Origin: Antedon mediterranea | Lineage: Eukaryota; Animalia; Echinodermata | Assembly: GCF_964355755.1 (NCBI RefSeq) | Contig: NC_092676.1 | Location: 8,285,888 to 8,349,887, forward strand | Length of the DNA stretch: 64,000 nucleotides | Direction: 5' to 3' | In this document: piece by piece, positions 38,067 to 51,837 of the stretch | Layout of the letters: each line of letters starts with the position of its first letter | How positions within the stretch are numbered: the stretch's first letter is position 1 | Notes under the pieces: generated by a model | What the model was told of the DNA's origin: nothing | The model's database searches: none | The model's input: only the letters and a program-made list of their open reading frames with translations | Made by a program: the position numbers and the translations under genes

Positions 38067-40683
38067 CAGGGGCGGTCGCAGGACTATTTTAAGGGGGTTG
38101 CCCAAGAGTCCTCAGAGGGCCGTAGATACTGACGGTATTTGCAGCAGGGAATTTTTGTTAAATGACACACCTAGATGGCCAGAAATGGTAGTCTCGCACG
38201 TAAAATTCACAATAAATAGAAACGACACTCTATATCGGGCTACAGTAGCAAACAGGTCGTATCAGGCCTGTTTTTGCCGCTGGTAAAACACATGCGATAA
38301 ATAATAGGAAAACATTTTTTTGCATTCAATGCGAAGGTCAGAGGAGGTCTCCGACGAAGGTTCTTCCGGTAATGTAATAAATTCTATGAATTAAAATCAA
38401 TTAATACAAATTAATTATTATTAATTAATAACTAAAACAATTTAGAAAAGAATGTGAAGCTGCTGCTATATTGAGCAAAACGTTGAAATTGTATTATTTT
38501 GAAATAAATGTTTACTAAGTCATTACAATTTCCAAAATTAATTTTCATTTATCCACTATAAACTGTACAACCACACTCGAGAAAAGAAAATATGATCGAA
38601 ATTTGCAGAAAGAAGCAATTAAACACTGTTTTTTCAAAGTTCGAACGTCCATAATTATTACGTAGGGAAATGAAGATAAATAATTATGGTACTATGGAAA
38701 TACTGATGGGGAATGGGGGAAAATACCATGATTATGGAGAAATCAACTACCCATATGACGGAATTTACCTCGAACACAGTGTATAGTGGCCTTTCGTACC
38801 TTCTCATGGACACAAGCAATCCAAGCAGTCAACAAACAACAAAAACGCTGACCGCCGCACAGTGGGCCAGAATTGGTTCAAAGTGTGCCAAAAGTCTATA
38901 CGCATGAATAAATACTGATTACGTTAATTTTTAAAGGATCTAAGGGGTTTTCAGACCCGTAGAATTTAATGGAAGTATTTTTAAATAGGTATGACGTAAT
39001 ACAAATGGTGTTTTCTGATTGGTTGAGACGAATGTCCTTGTAATTCTTAAGTCGATCAATATTACATTCACTATTGGAAGTGTAAGGGTTTCTATTACCC
39101 AGAGAATCGTGGAATAAACATTTCCCTCTTCCTTGCTACACCCAATAAATCCAACTGGAACATTTTCTTAATATATTAGACGTCATAAAATACTAACTTT
39201 GATACGATGGCTTTAATTCTCATTGCAATATCATGTGTGATTAATTTGCATCCATGATTGAAACGTACTTAAATTATTTAAGATCCACTTAAAGTTCAAT
39301 GAAACCATCTTTTTAATGTACAGTATTATGTCATTACAAATACTGTTTTCTGATTGTGTGAATAATATTTTAATATTGAAAATATGTTTTTATTGCATGT
39401 TACAAGTTAGGGTTTAAATGACTGAAATACATTACTTATGTTGTCCTGAACCCTATTTAGGTTCATTTACTTTCAGTCATATTTCTTCTTTAAATCGATC
39501 GTGTTTTTTTTTCTTCATATCGGCAACGATAGCTTTTTCACTATCAGACAAAATACACAACTTTTTTATTCTGTACCCAATATGAATTAGCATTTCGAAG
39601 CACCTACTCCATTTGTGTAGTGGAGAGAGTCCTATAGCTGTAGGCTTCTTCACTTAACTTAACTTAACTTAACATACATCGCAGGCTAGTTCAATGTAGG
39701 TAATTAAACCAGCCGAATAAACAGCTTCAAAAGTTGTATTTTGATATGGAGTCCATGTTACGTGTACCTACACTTATGAATACTTATTCTCACACTGGTA
39801 ATATTCCCTTTTCCAATACAGACGCGCCATGGAAAGGTTTTCTCTTCGTCAAGTTCGTGCGATTGCGGTACATTAATGTGTCAATGAATGCATTTATTTT
39901 AAAACGGCACGTATACGGACATTTAAATCGCTTCCTATATGCAATGTCGCAAATTGTCGCAGCCAAATTTGGTATTAACGTAAAGCTCAAGCTTTGCTCG
40001 AAATATTAATGTCAAAATTAGCGCGCGAATCGACGCGAATCCAAACTATTTTAGTAGTTTTACTTAAAATATACGATTTTTTGGTATTTTTTTGCTATAT
40101 TTGGTGCCTTTTAACCCCAAAATAAAGCAATAATGGAAATTTTAATTTTACTGCCTAATATGATTAATAACAGACAACAATTCTATGCAGTATCAAATCC
40201 ATTGCTTTTTTCTAGAAAAAATAACAGCGAATTTATCAAAACTGTTGTTTTTGCTCATTTTAAGTGAAATGTCATGGTTTATTCAAGTTTCCATGGTTAC
40301 AAGACACTATTAAAAATTACAAAATATAAAATGATTAGTGGATTTGTATAATTTAAGATGTCTTCTCCTAATTCAATATTAAAAAGTTTGGATTGTCACA
40401 TTTACCATTTTGGACTTTTGGCACACTTTGAATTGATTCTGGCCCGCTGTGCGCCGGTAAATTATGCACGGTATTGTTGACTGCTGGTTAATTTTGCGCT
40501 GCAGTCTGTCAATTTACATATGCCTATAGTTTTTTCCAATCTTGGACTTCTATAACGTTAATAGTTAATATATAATATGATGAAATGGGATCTAAATTTT
40601 AATTAGTGGCAGAAAAAAACATTTAGTATGAAATTTAGGGTGTTGCCCGGGCAACTGGGGCAACACCCCTGCGTCTGCCCCTG
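38067..40683. mobile_element. hAT-like MITE copy 1 (interrupted by a Transib-like element)
   Basis: CAGGGGCGG...GCCCCTG termini; reverse-complement homolog of 40760-41728; TSD not clear. Confidence 0.7.
38858..40451. mobile_element. Transib-like non-autonomous element
   Basis: CGCCG|CACAGTGGGCCAGAAT...ATTCTGGCCCGCTGTG|CGCCG: TIRs of about 39 bp and a 5-bp GC-rich TSD. Confidence 0.85.
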
Positions 40684-40759
40684 GTATATGATATCTTGTG
40701 ATTGTTTGGATCAATGACATTATCAGAATATTGTAACACTGTGATAAATATTAATAATA

Positions 40760-41728
40760 CAGGGGCGGACGCAGGGGGGTTGGCCCAGTTGCCCGGGCAA
40801 CACCCTTAATTTCATGCTAGTCCAGTTTTGGAAGAGCCTATGTAAATTGACAGACTGCAGCGTAAAATTGACCAGCATTACAATACCGCGCACAATTTAT
40901 CGCCGGCTGTATTTTGTTGTTGATATATTTCTGAATATGCTCAGAATGAATTTCTGACTGTTTGGATTGCTTGTGTGCATCATGAGAAGGTACGAAAGGC
41001 CACTACACACTGTGTTCGTGGAAAACCCTGTCATATGGGTCGTTGATTTGTCCATAATTATTGCATTTTGCCGGGGATTCCCCATCATTTAAGCATTTCC
41101 GTAGTACCCTATTTATCTTCTGGGCCAAATTTCCATATAATAGTAATTACAGACGCTCCAAACTTTGAAATAACAGTGTTTAACTGCTTCTTTTTGCAAA
41201 TTTCAATCATATTTTTATTTCTGAAGCAACACTGTTGTACAGTTTATAGTGGATAAATGAAAATGAATTTTGGGTATTGTGGTTTTACTGACTTATTGAT
41301 CAAAATAATACAATTGAACGTTTTGCTCAATATATTTATAGCAGTAGCTTCATATTTTTTGTCTAATTTTTTAAAATTATTAATTGATAATAATAATTAA
41401 TTTGTATTTATTTTTTATAATTGCCAGAATTTATTAGCTTACCGGAAGTACCTTCGTCGGAGACTTCCTGTGACGTTAAAAATGTCACGTGTGTTTTACC
41501 GGCAGAAAAAATAGGCTGATACGATGGTGGTATTGTTGTTTGGTAGCCCGATATACAGTGTAATTTCCGGCTAATTATAGGTGCCATTTATTGTGAATTT
41601 TACGTGCGAGATTACCATTTCCGGCCATCTAGGGGTGTCTTTTAACAAAATTCGCTTCTCAAAAACTTGTTGTTTACGGTCCTGGACTTGTGAGCAACCC
41701 CCTTAAAATAGTTCTGCGATCGCCCCTG
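40760..41728. mobile_element. hAT-like MITE copy 2
   Basis: CAGGGGCGG...CGCCCCTG termini; flanks TAATAATA and TAATATAC form an imperfect TSD. Confidence 0.7.
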
Positions 41729-42033
41729 TAATATACCATGTTGTACTCTAGGGTTTTTATTTCTGCTGTGTGGGGAAAGAAATCAAATTCCAGTGAGCAA
41801 ACACAACCTCGCCTTGTATATCATCTTGTTCTGTTGCATGGGATATCTGGTCTCACACACCAAACCTTAAATGGTCCAATCTGATCAAATCAATGTTGAA
41901 GGATTCCTGAACCACAATTTAAAAATATATACTGTATGTATTGATCACATAATTAAATGATACAATGCATCATATTCATTGTTATAAATTATTTTATTAT
42001 TTATTTTTAAATAATTAACAATTAAACACTTAC

Positions 42034-42105
42034 AGCCATATCAGTTCTATCAAACTATCAATTACATTGGCTGGCAATACTTATTTTGTTCCAGCCCAAT
42101 ATACC
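42034..42105 (-). pseudogene. Isolated degenerate copy of the 72-bp LRR exon with its intron flank (from 41915)
   Basis: LPANVIDSLIELIW(L)|GTAAGT retained; 2-nt deletion and extra bases in the 5' half. Confidence 0.8.
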
Positions 42106-43039
42106 CTAAAAAGAAAATGAAGCTAATGGTAGCTTGACAGTCAAGATGTGTGTACGTTTAACTTTTACTTATGTCTGAAGTTGTTTATATAAATAAATGT
42201 GTATATAATTAGATTAAGTAAATTATATAATTCTCTTTTACTTAAAGAACTGCCTTGATATTTTTTCATATTCATTGAATCAGTTTAAGAAGTTTTAAGT
42301 TTATCATAATGTTCAAATGCTAGGTGTACCTTATTATTTAGGCATTTGTTCTTGTATTTGTATCCGTTTTGTTTTGTATGTTAACCCTCCTGTTATTGGC
42401 AAATTTTTTGTTGCTGTTGGTTGGGTTTTGAAATAAAGTAAATAAATAAATATAATAAATAATATAAAATATATAAAAACCAAATATGTGAATTAGATAA
42501 TTAGATATTCAAGAAACTAAAGTGATAATAATATTTATTAATCCCTACCACAAATAATTGCTGATACATAATAAAATAAATATTAATGCTTATACATCAA
42601 TTCATTTCCTGTTACAATTGGTCAAAATATATATTCCGAGTTTAATTTTCAGACCAATATCTTTGTTGACAGACCAAAGGGTTACAGAGATACTGTAGGG
42701 CAATTTGGGTGCCATTTTTAAATGTGGCTGTGAAAATGTGTTACATTTTTGTTATTTGTGTAAAATCAAGTTAAGTTTCACTTTGGGCAAGAGTTTTGCC
42801 TAAGGATACAAGTAATTCGGCGAGAGTTGGATTCAAACTCACAATCTCACATCCTGACATTAATGGATCAGACATGTCTAAAATACAAGAAATATTAATA
42901 TTTTCTAGACCTGGAAAGTTTAATTTCTGAAATAGAAAAGTGGACAAAAACTAGATTTTTGTGTACATTCCTAAGTTTTGATTTGATTTTGTTTTTTTTG
43001 CTCTTGATTTTAGTTCTTTTATTTATTTTTATCTTGAAG

Positions 43040-46000
43040 ATGTGTGGTTGACACCAGCTCCATACTATGGGGGCCTACTTACAGACTCTTGTCTCAGAGC
43101 CAAAGTTGACATCTTCCCTGTTCATCTGTATTCAAAAGTGAGTTAAAATTGATAGTGGGGATCAAGATTTATTGTATTCTCTTTCATTCAGATTAAATCA
43201 TGTTTTCGAAATACTGAATAAATTTAAATGATATCACCTTTATTACAGATAGAAGAAAATGAAACTCAACAGTATGAACTAACACCTGAAAAACTTGAGA
43301 AATGTTTAAAAGATGCCAGGTCAAAGGTCAGTTGGTTTACATTATATCCACCAATAGAAAGTAGTCATCCAATCAGTAAATCAATCAGTGCCTACATTTC
43401 GGCTCCCTTGACCCTGACCACTCTCTTGGCTCCGGCCGCTCTCTTGACCCAGGCCACTATCTTGGCTTTGCCCACTAGCTCTCTTACGCCCGTATTCTTA
43501 AACCGGACTTTAGTTGTAGTTCGAAGTTCGACTTGAAAAACTCATAGTTCGAGCTATTACTGTACTTCAAATTCGATTAAAAAACGAAGTAGTCGAAGTT
43601 TGCAGTTCGACTTAATGAAGTCGAGCTTTTAGTCGAGTTGCACACGTCTGGGTAACAAAGGCTATACATTGGCCAATGACAAGAGAGTATTTGAGGAGCA
43701 GACGATATTTTGCGCACTGATATCACTTTCCATTTTCTTACAACACTTTTTACGCATCAGGACTATATACATGAAAAATAATTTTAATCGTTAATTATTA
43801 GAACAAGATCAGTATTAATTTAACAGTGAAGTACTTTTGATTAACAACAAACAAAATCTTCGAAATATTATATTTAGGAACCATGGCGGTACGGTAACTT
43901 TCATATTTTTTAGGCCTCCAACAAAGTATGATTGCGACGAACCACGACTTGCGCTAAGAAAATAATGTAATTTGTATACAGCGGTTGTAAATAAAGATGA
44001 TTTTCATTATTATAACATATACCAATGTATATTTAATTAAGCTAATATAAAAATAGATATTTCATTCTTCAACTCAACAACTCAATGACTGTTACGTTTT
44101 TCATAAACATCGTTTAAAAACCATTTAGTCAACCATTTAGCCTGCCCCCTCCAGGACTAAAAAAATCGATCAAAATCCGTTTTGATTTAGTCGAGGTTGG
44201 CCTGAATTAGTCGGCGATTTAGTTGAAGTTCGGTTTATGAATTAAAATGACGTCATTTTTAAAGTTTTAGCTCGAACTACGACTAAAGTCCGGTTTAAGA
44301 ATACGGGCGTTAGCCCCGGCCACTCTCTTTACCAGGGCCAGGCCACTTTTTGGACCCGGGCCAATCTTTATTCTGGCCCCTCTCTTGGCTTTGGTCACTG
44401 TATTATAGATATAAGATTTTATTTTAACTTTTTTTCTGTAAATACTCTCTAATATTGCCTAAAACCATCCTCACTTCTCTTTTCAGGATTTGAATGTACG
44501 TGGTCTTTTCCTCATGAATCCTCAAAATCCTCTTGGTATCATTTATTCAAAAGAAGTTATCAGTGCTTGTCTTAAGTTCTGTAATAAGTATGTTATACTA
44601 ATAATGAAACTTTTTGGGTGTGAGTTTAGTATAAAATAGCTAATGTGTCTCTTGTGACCGTAGCCCAGAATGGTCCTTATTTGACCAATACCAATTTTGC
44701 TTCAAACACTTTCACAGATGTTGCACTTACTAAATCATGTAGCAATGTATTCTAATGATTGATTATTCTCAAACTACAAAAAAAAAATGTTTTCTCAGTT
44801 CCAATCCCTTCTTCACTGCAGGCTTATATATTTTCAAAGTATGTCTATGGGTAATTATATAGGGTACAAAATATTGAAGATCTTGTATCCACATACACTT
44901 TTTAAACAATAATATTAATAATAATGTATTCATTTATAATAAACATTTTTATTGGTCATTAGAGTTTTGCTAGGTGATGTGAAAGGGATATGTTAATTAA
45001 TATTAATATTCTGGATCTATGTAGCACCTTTTGTGAGACCTCTAAGCACTGTGCATAAAAATTGAGAATTGATATGTTGATAAAGGTGCATCCAAATTAT
45101 AGTCTTCTTACTTTTTGACAGGCATTCACTTCATATTATATTTGATGAGATTTACCTGACTGGTGGTTTTGTTGAAGATGTCCAAACCACCAGCATCCTT
45201 CAGTTCAAACCAGAAGATATACCAGACCCTGAAAGAACACATTTTATCTGGGGCTTTAGTAAGGTAAAGTAAAGTACTAAGTGCTATTTAGGTGTACAAG
45301 AAAGTAAAAAATTATCAGATAATTTGAGAATTCAACCACGTTTTTAACCACATACAAAATTCCATCCCTTGTAATATACTTTTTGTATCTAAGCGATGCA
45401 AGAAACATGAATTATTTGTTAGTTATATTTCGCAAACTTATTGAGTTTGCATTAGGTGTGATATAAGAATTTACCTGACTACATTTCACTAATACAAACA
45501 AGCCTTTTGTGTAGCCAAATGGTTTTGCATGTCGATCCATGGGGTTCGAATCCCATGAGCAACTTCTTTCATACTTTATAGTGAGACAGATTATTTAGAG
45601 GGTTAGGTTAAATTATATTTAAGGAGTCGGCTATCTTGTAATTCTTTCACATAAAAAATAATGAATAATTGATGATTTCTGCATCGCTTACCTACGAGAA
45701 AAAAATTTGCATCCCTGGAAAGAAAAGTTTAAATGACATAAAATCTTAATCCTTTTATTTAATTTCGATTATATGAGATCCCGCCCACACATGCACATCT
45801 ATACGCTCATTATTTTCAATTATATCCATCTTAATTGTTACATAGGATTTTGCGATGTCAGGGATGCGTGTTGGTTTGTACTATGGTTTTTCAGATGTTG
45901 TCCGCAAGCAGATTTTAAGTCAATGTCGTTTTACCCAGATACCTGGATTTATCCAAATTATGCTGTCCAAGATGTTAAAAGATGAAGGTAAACCTCACTC

Positions 46001-47414
46001 GCTCTGGTGGTAGGATAAGGATTATTAACCGTACTGTAGGTCTGTGTACACATCTGGCTCATGTGCACTTTAAAGAACCTAGTACATCTTTCGGGGGTTA
46101 CCCCGGTCACACACAGACAGTTATCATAACTCATCATGAGGGCCCCTTGATTGTGAGCATACGCTGTTCAGAGTCACCCTCTATAAATAAGGTTGAATAA
46201 AAAAAATTAACAAAATGATCTATAAAAATAATGGCATTGTTTTTTATCACATCACTACATCACATTCAGATTCTGTTTGTCATGCTACAACTTCAGGCCA
46301 TTTTGTTTAATTTTGATGAATTATTGAAAGAATAGTTTTAAAATTATCACTGTTTTTGGTAAAATTATTTTTCAGATTGGGTAGACAATGTGTACTATCC
46401 AACCAATCAGAAGAGGTTGAAAGAAGGTTATGAAATTGTGACCCGGGAACTTAAATCTATAGGTGTCCCGTATTTAGAGGCGTGCAGTGGTCTTTATGTC
46501 TATTGTGATTTTAGGAAGGTACATACACTTTGATATTTTACAATTTTTGTACTCAATTTATACATGCATTTTCTCTTTCCCTGTTACCTTCACTCGCTCC
46601 ATGGTTCTGGTGGTGAAACAAGTGTTTCGGATAAAGAATATAAACTGTAGGTCCCGTGCACACATCTAACCAGTATAAATAAATAATAACAAACACGCTC
46701 ATTATGATTAAAATTCTTTGTCTTTACTAGTTCCTTAAGGAAAACACCATAGAAATGGAAGAGGATCTGTGGATGAAATTCATTGCAGCTGGTGTTTACA
46801 TCTGCCCAAGTCAAGCTTTTTTTAGTGACGAATTTGGCTGGTTCCGTGTTATTTTTGCAGATGAAAAAGTTAAGCTTGAATTAAGTAAGTAAGCTTGACT
46901 CCTATTAGATTTAAAAAATAGGAGTTTGGACTGCTGACGTTAGAGTAATCTTGGTCTGGCTGAATTTCATTCTTTTGTGTTTTGTTAATTAAAATATCTC
47001 ATGCCAAGTTGAGTGCACAACATGACATTATTTTCTCCCACAAACTTTAAGGGCATTAAGTAATGTCTTCCTTCTTTTAAACCCATACCACCTTCTGTCT
47101 ACACTATCAAACTAGTTTGACAAAAAAAGTGTGATGTGCCCAAATATGGTAATGAAATTACATCATCATGTGCATATATGGGCACATCACATTATTTGTC
47201 ACATAAAGTTTGACAGAGCTTTCTTACAAACTTTTAAACAAACACAATAAAGTTAAATTGAAACACTTTCCCAAGAACACTCTGAATAACAGATTATTGC
47301 ATATTAATTTACATTATTTAAAATGATTATTATTAGTATTATGATTATTCATATGATTTATTTTCAGGTATGGAGCGTATAAAGAAAGTTTGTTCTGAAC
47401 TTCAACGAGGCTAA
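43040..47414 (+). CDS. ACCS: ACC-synthase-like PLP-dependent enzyme, 3' eight exons: 43040-43137, 43249-43326, 44487-44587, 45122-45263, 45846-45987, 46376-46518, 46731-46884, 47368-47414; 5' exons not located
   Basis: In-frame GT-AG joins give PAPYYG, NPQNPLG, HIIFDEIY, WGFSKDFAMSGMRVG (PLP lysine), GWFRVIFA and stop TAA. Confidence 0.9.
43487..44309. mobile_element. PIF/Harbinger-like MITE in an ACCS intron
   Basis: TTA|CGCCCGTATTCTTAAACCGGACTTTAG ... CTAAAGTCCGGTTTAAGAATACGGGCG|TTA; 3-bp TSD. Confidence 0.8.
47096..47220. mobile_element. Short MITE family (second copy 61839-61999)
   Basis: GTCTACACTATCAAAC...GTTTGATAGTGTAGAC-type inverted ends; shared internal sequence. Confidence 0.6.
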
Positions 47415-49159
47415 ACCTACACATCACATGATTATAAAACAACTCAAGAATCAAAATGTTTTAAGTGTAAAAAGTACTATCGATTGTATGATAATTTTAA
47501 TATGGTCTTTTAAAATAGTTTTGCGTCAGAGAGTTAATTCGTCATTTGCTTGAGATATTTGCCATACTCTGTGGTAGTACTGAACCTATTGGGGAATACT
47601 TTAAAAAAGTAATTTTCAGCATGTGATGATTTCTAGAGTTAGAATATAGGCCAAGCAGGCAGAATGTACTGCTCCAACAGATATGATAATTTTATAGCTT
47701 CGGTACTGGCATGAATTTTAAATATAATATTTGGTTAATTGTACATAAATCAAATATGTGTAACATGAAAAAACATGAATTTCCCTTAAAATGGTTAAAT
47801 ATAAAATTTGGAAAAATTCTGCTATAAAAACCAGAGTTTTTTTAGTAGTTAGGTAGTTTCAGATAATGTAATAACATGCCTGGTGACTCCCTAGAAAGTG
47901 AAAAAAGATGGTGGGTATACGGTGGATATTTTTGTCTATAGCACAAATTACAAATCTGAAGTTGAATAAAAACACCAAAAACGTTAAAAAAAAGTAATAT
48001 AGTTAGTAGTAAGTTAGTATTAGTAGTATATATAATATATTATATTATATTACCTATATTTAGTCATCTGATATAATTTTTCTCACACCGTTTATTTTTC
48101 ATAGTATTTAAAAATGCCTCTCTATTAACAACATTTGTGCACAAAAGAATAGAGATTTTACTGTGTAATTTGAACTATCCCCCGACTGATAAGAAAGTGC
48201 TTATTTTCAACAAGATCGTGTAACAAAATAAAATCCCCAAAACTAGGAAACATGGGGAAACTATAGATCGATAATTATTGGAATATATGATCAATAGAAA
48301 CTTTTTGTCCGCACCTAGTCTTTAAATCAATCAGTTTCTGTTTATAATTATAATATACATCTATATTAAAGAAATATTGTGCTAAACTTAAAAACTGCAC
48401 AAAAAAACTTACAGCATTATAAATGAAAATTGGGTCAATATTTTAAGCTGAAATTCAACTCAGGAATTAAAGAATTAAAAAATCAACTCAGGAATTAAAG
48501 AATAAAATCAACTCAGGAATTGAAGGTGTAGAATACTACATGATTGTATATAATTATAATTAGTTACACAGAGGTAATTATTTACATTCCTGGCACCTTA
48601 GTGAGCCTCATCACACTCTTTCTTTACTCATTCATACGCCACTGGTTTTTAATCATTGGTCAGGAAAAGTTTGACACGGCGTAGGTAGGTTTCTCACATT
48701 TTGTACTACAGTAATTTAAACCCATTTTCATAAAAATTGGTAGCTTGGTAATTTATCAAAATAATTTATATTAACATTAAAGATGTATTGTTCCCCTGAA
48801 AAAATAATTCTTTTAAAAAAAATTGTTCTGAGTATGCCATTTTAATGTCACATTAAATAGTTATCCACTTTGACCAAAACATGAAAAAACTGTAATTTAA
48901 AGCAAAAAAATAGTATAATAAATATAAATAATTGGTTTTTGGTTGGCTTTGTTTACAATTTTTTTGGTCATTTTACAGAAGTGATTAACTTTATTAAAAC
49001 TACAAAATAACCTAGTCAAACTCTGATTTAATTTATTCTTCATTTTTCATGTTTTTCGGGGACAATACATCTTTAATAATTTTGTACACTAAAATATACA
49101 CTTTTTTTCAGATTCGCTATATTTTAATTTGCGATAATATAAACGTGTGACTATTGATA

Positions 49160-49700
49160 ATCAAATAAACGTATTCTGTCAAATAAGTGCTGCCTCAATC
49201 TTGATTTATTTCACTAAGCACTTTATTTGAATAAGGTATCACAGTAGAATAAGTCAGCTGTATCAATCTTGTTTGGCTTACTTCACTCTGCATCAGTCGA
49301 ATAAGTATCCTGTTGAATTGAGTGCTGCCTTAATCTTGATTTATTTCACTAAGCATTTTAGTTTAATAAGTATTCAGTTTAATAAGTATCACAGTCGAAT
49401 AAGTGCTTCTTCAATCTTGCTTTATTTCCCTAAGTACTTCGGTTTAATAAGTATTGTAGTTGATTAAGTGCTGCCTTGATCTTGCACTTCAGTCAATAAG
49501 TAGGCCTGTAATTGTACTGTTAGTCGAATAAATGCTTCACCGATCTTGACTTACTTCACTATATGAATCACTCAAATAATTTTCTAATATATCGCAAAAG
49601 AAATGCTTCCTCAATCTTGACTTTATTTCACTAATATTGGTTGTAATTATACCATAGGATTGAATGTTATATTTATCTTGACTTATTGCGCCTCAATAGA
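49160..49700. repeat. Degenerate repeat of about 60-80 bp (AATAAGTGCTGCCTCAATCTTGATTTATTTCACTAAG)
   Basis: About 8 diverged copies. Confidence 0.75.
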
Positions 49701-51717
49701 ACTACTACTACTACTACTTTAATCTTAATACTTTTAAGCACTTTATTATACTAGCATCTTTGTACTTAAAAAACAAAATAAAGAAATAAAATGTATAGAA
49801 TTGAATTGTTTAATCTGCTAATTTCGAAGTAGGTCTAAGCATAGAGATATTATAATATCTCTATGGTCTAAGCATCGCTATAAAATAATATGCGCGCAAT
49901 TCGTATAGATTGGAATTTAATTATTAAAATACCAAAGTAAAAACCTATTTATTGAAATACTGAATTCATACTTTAGTAACCCAACAAATTATCGAGCGCC
50001 AAAATTTATTGAAATGTGTATGAATAGAAAGCACGAAAACGTTTTATTTTAAATTGTTTGTTTCTTAATATTGCACGCAAAGATAGACTATTTAAAATAT
50101 GTTTTACATCAATAAAAACTTAGAGGAAATATTTAAGATAATGGTGCCTATGAAGACAACTATGAAAACCATACGACAGAAAAAAAGTTAACCTGGGCCA
50201 AAATGTGTATACTGCCCTCATTCGACCAATGAATAAGTATACAAACTTATGTAGCTGCGGCTGTCAAAAGGATATTGTCAGTAAGTCTCTAGATAAAGCA
50301 GCTAAAACAGAGGAAAGAAGAGAAGCTATTGTAGATTTGCCATGCTTTGATGTTTATATTAGTAAAACAGAAGTAAATCGAGACTGCTATTGTTATAGTA
50401 CTGTAAGTATAATGCGTTATATAACAGTATCATATGTTTAGTTTTAACTTTAAGCCTCACCATGTTGTATGTTGTAAAACTATCGCCTTGCGAAGTTGTT
50501 GTGGTCCTCTCATTGTTCGTGTGCATGCGTAGGTGTTGTGGTCGAACCGTGCTTAGCCTCTAGGCTAAAACTTTAGCAATAGAATTGAATCATTTTTCTT
50601 ATTTATTTGTAAAGTTTCATTAAATACACACGGATATAATACTAAAATAGTTTTTCCACCAAAAAGCCCCACAGATTTCAGGCTACTAAAGTTATGAACA
50701 ATTTTTATTTTATGATATTATAATAAATGGCATTAATTTTATTCAATAAGGTACAGTCAGTCATAGTATCTATTTAATATTCACCATTAAAAACAAATAC
50801 AAAATTATCTAAAACTTTCATTTATTACTTTAAATAGATTGTGCCTAAATACACAATGTTCATTGATTTTGTTATTCAAAATAAACACAACATATGGAAA
50901 ATAAAAAACAAAATCTGTACAAAAGTAGTTTCAATTGGAGAAGTTACATTAAAAATTAAGAAAATAAAATTGTTAATGATACCACTTTGTACGCTTCCAT
51001 TCAAAGTTACAGTTCTTTCCTATCGATTTAACTAAAGCAAGAAACACAAACAAACACATAATTGTGCATACATCTGTAAACGCCCAAACAATAAGCATTA
51101 TACTGTACAAGCTTTTAGAAATTATAGTCATTGCCCTGAAACTGATCATTAGATATAGCTGATCTTGTCACTTATATGGTTTGTGACAAGAGATAGGATG
51201 TTATTTTATTAGGGTACTTAATGTACATCCATGACCTTTCACCTGGATGTTAACATTTTATTGATAGTGTGCTGTATGGAATTAAAGAACAACGAAATTT
51301 AAAAAGGTGTTTTCACACCTTCTTTGTTTATAACTTCTTGTGGTTATTCTATATTAACATTTCAAAGACATGACTTATAACACAGTCAATACATTAAAGT
51401 ATGGCTGGTATTTTAATTACTTTCTGCAGAATTCTTGAAATGGAGACCAAGTGGAAATTATGCTTAAAATTGCAAATGAAATTATTTAAATTATTATTCT
51501 GCTGCAGTAACTACATTTACTACAGTAACTACATTTACTGCAGTAACTTATGATTTTAGTTTGTTTCAATAAAGATGTATTTTGTCCCCCAGAAACATGA
51601 AAAATGAAGATTAATGATCCACTAATTTTATTAAAAAAATAAAATCAACTAGAAATACATTAAATACAGTTCAGTATTGAATAACCCAAGGCAATCTAAC
51701 AGTATGCTTAGCTACAG

Positions 51718-51837
51718 AGATCAAAGGGTTTATCTGTGGCTGCGACACGATAAGTTCCAAGTCCCTTAAACAGACACTGCGCACTGCAAGAATACAGTAT
51801 TGTTGGTATTTGTCGCAGCCAGACATAAGATCAAAGG
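51718..51837 (+). promoter_or_regulatory. Pair of TCF/LEF consensus sites AGATCAAAGG upstream of the TPBG-like CDS
   Basis: Exact 10-mers at 51718-51727 and 51828-51837. Confidence 0.5.

Noticed and set aside
45505-45560. tRNA-like A/B boxes (GTAGCCAAATGG..GGTTCGAATCCC)
   Set aside because: Too short for a cloverleaf; more likely a decayed SINE head in an ACCS intron.
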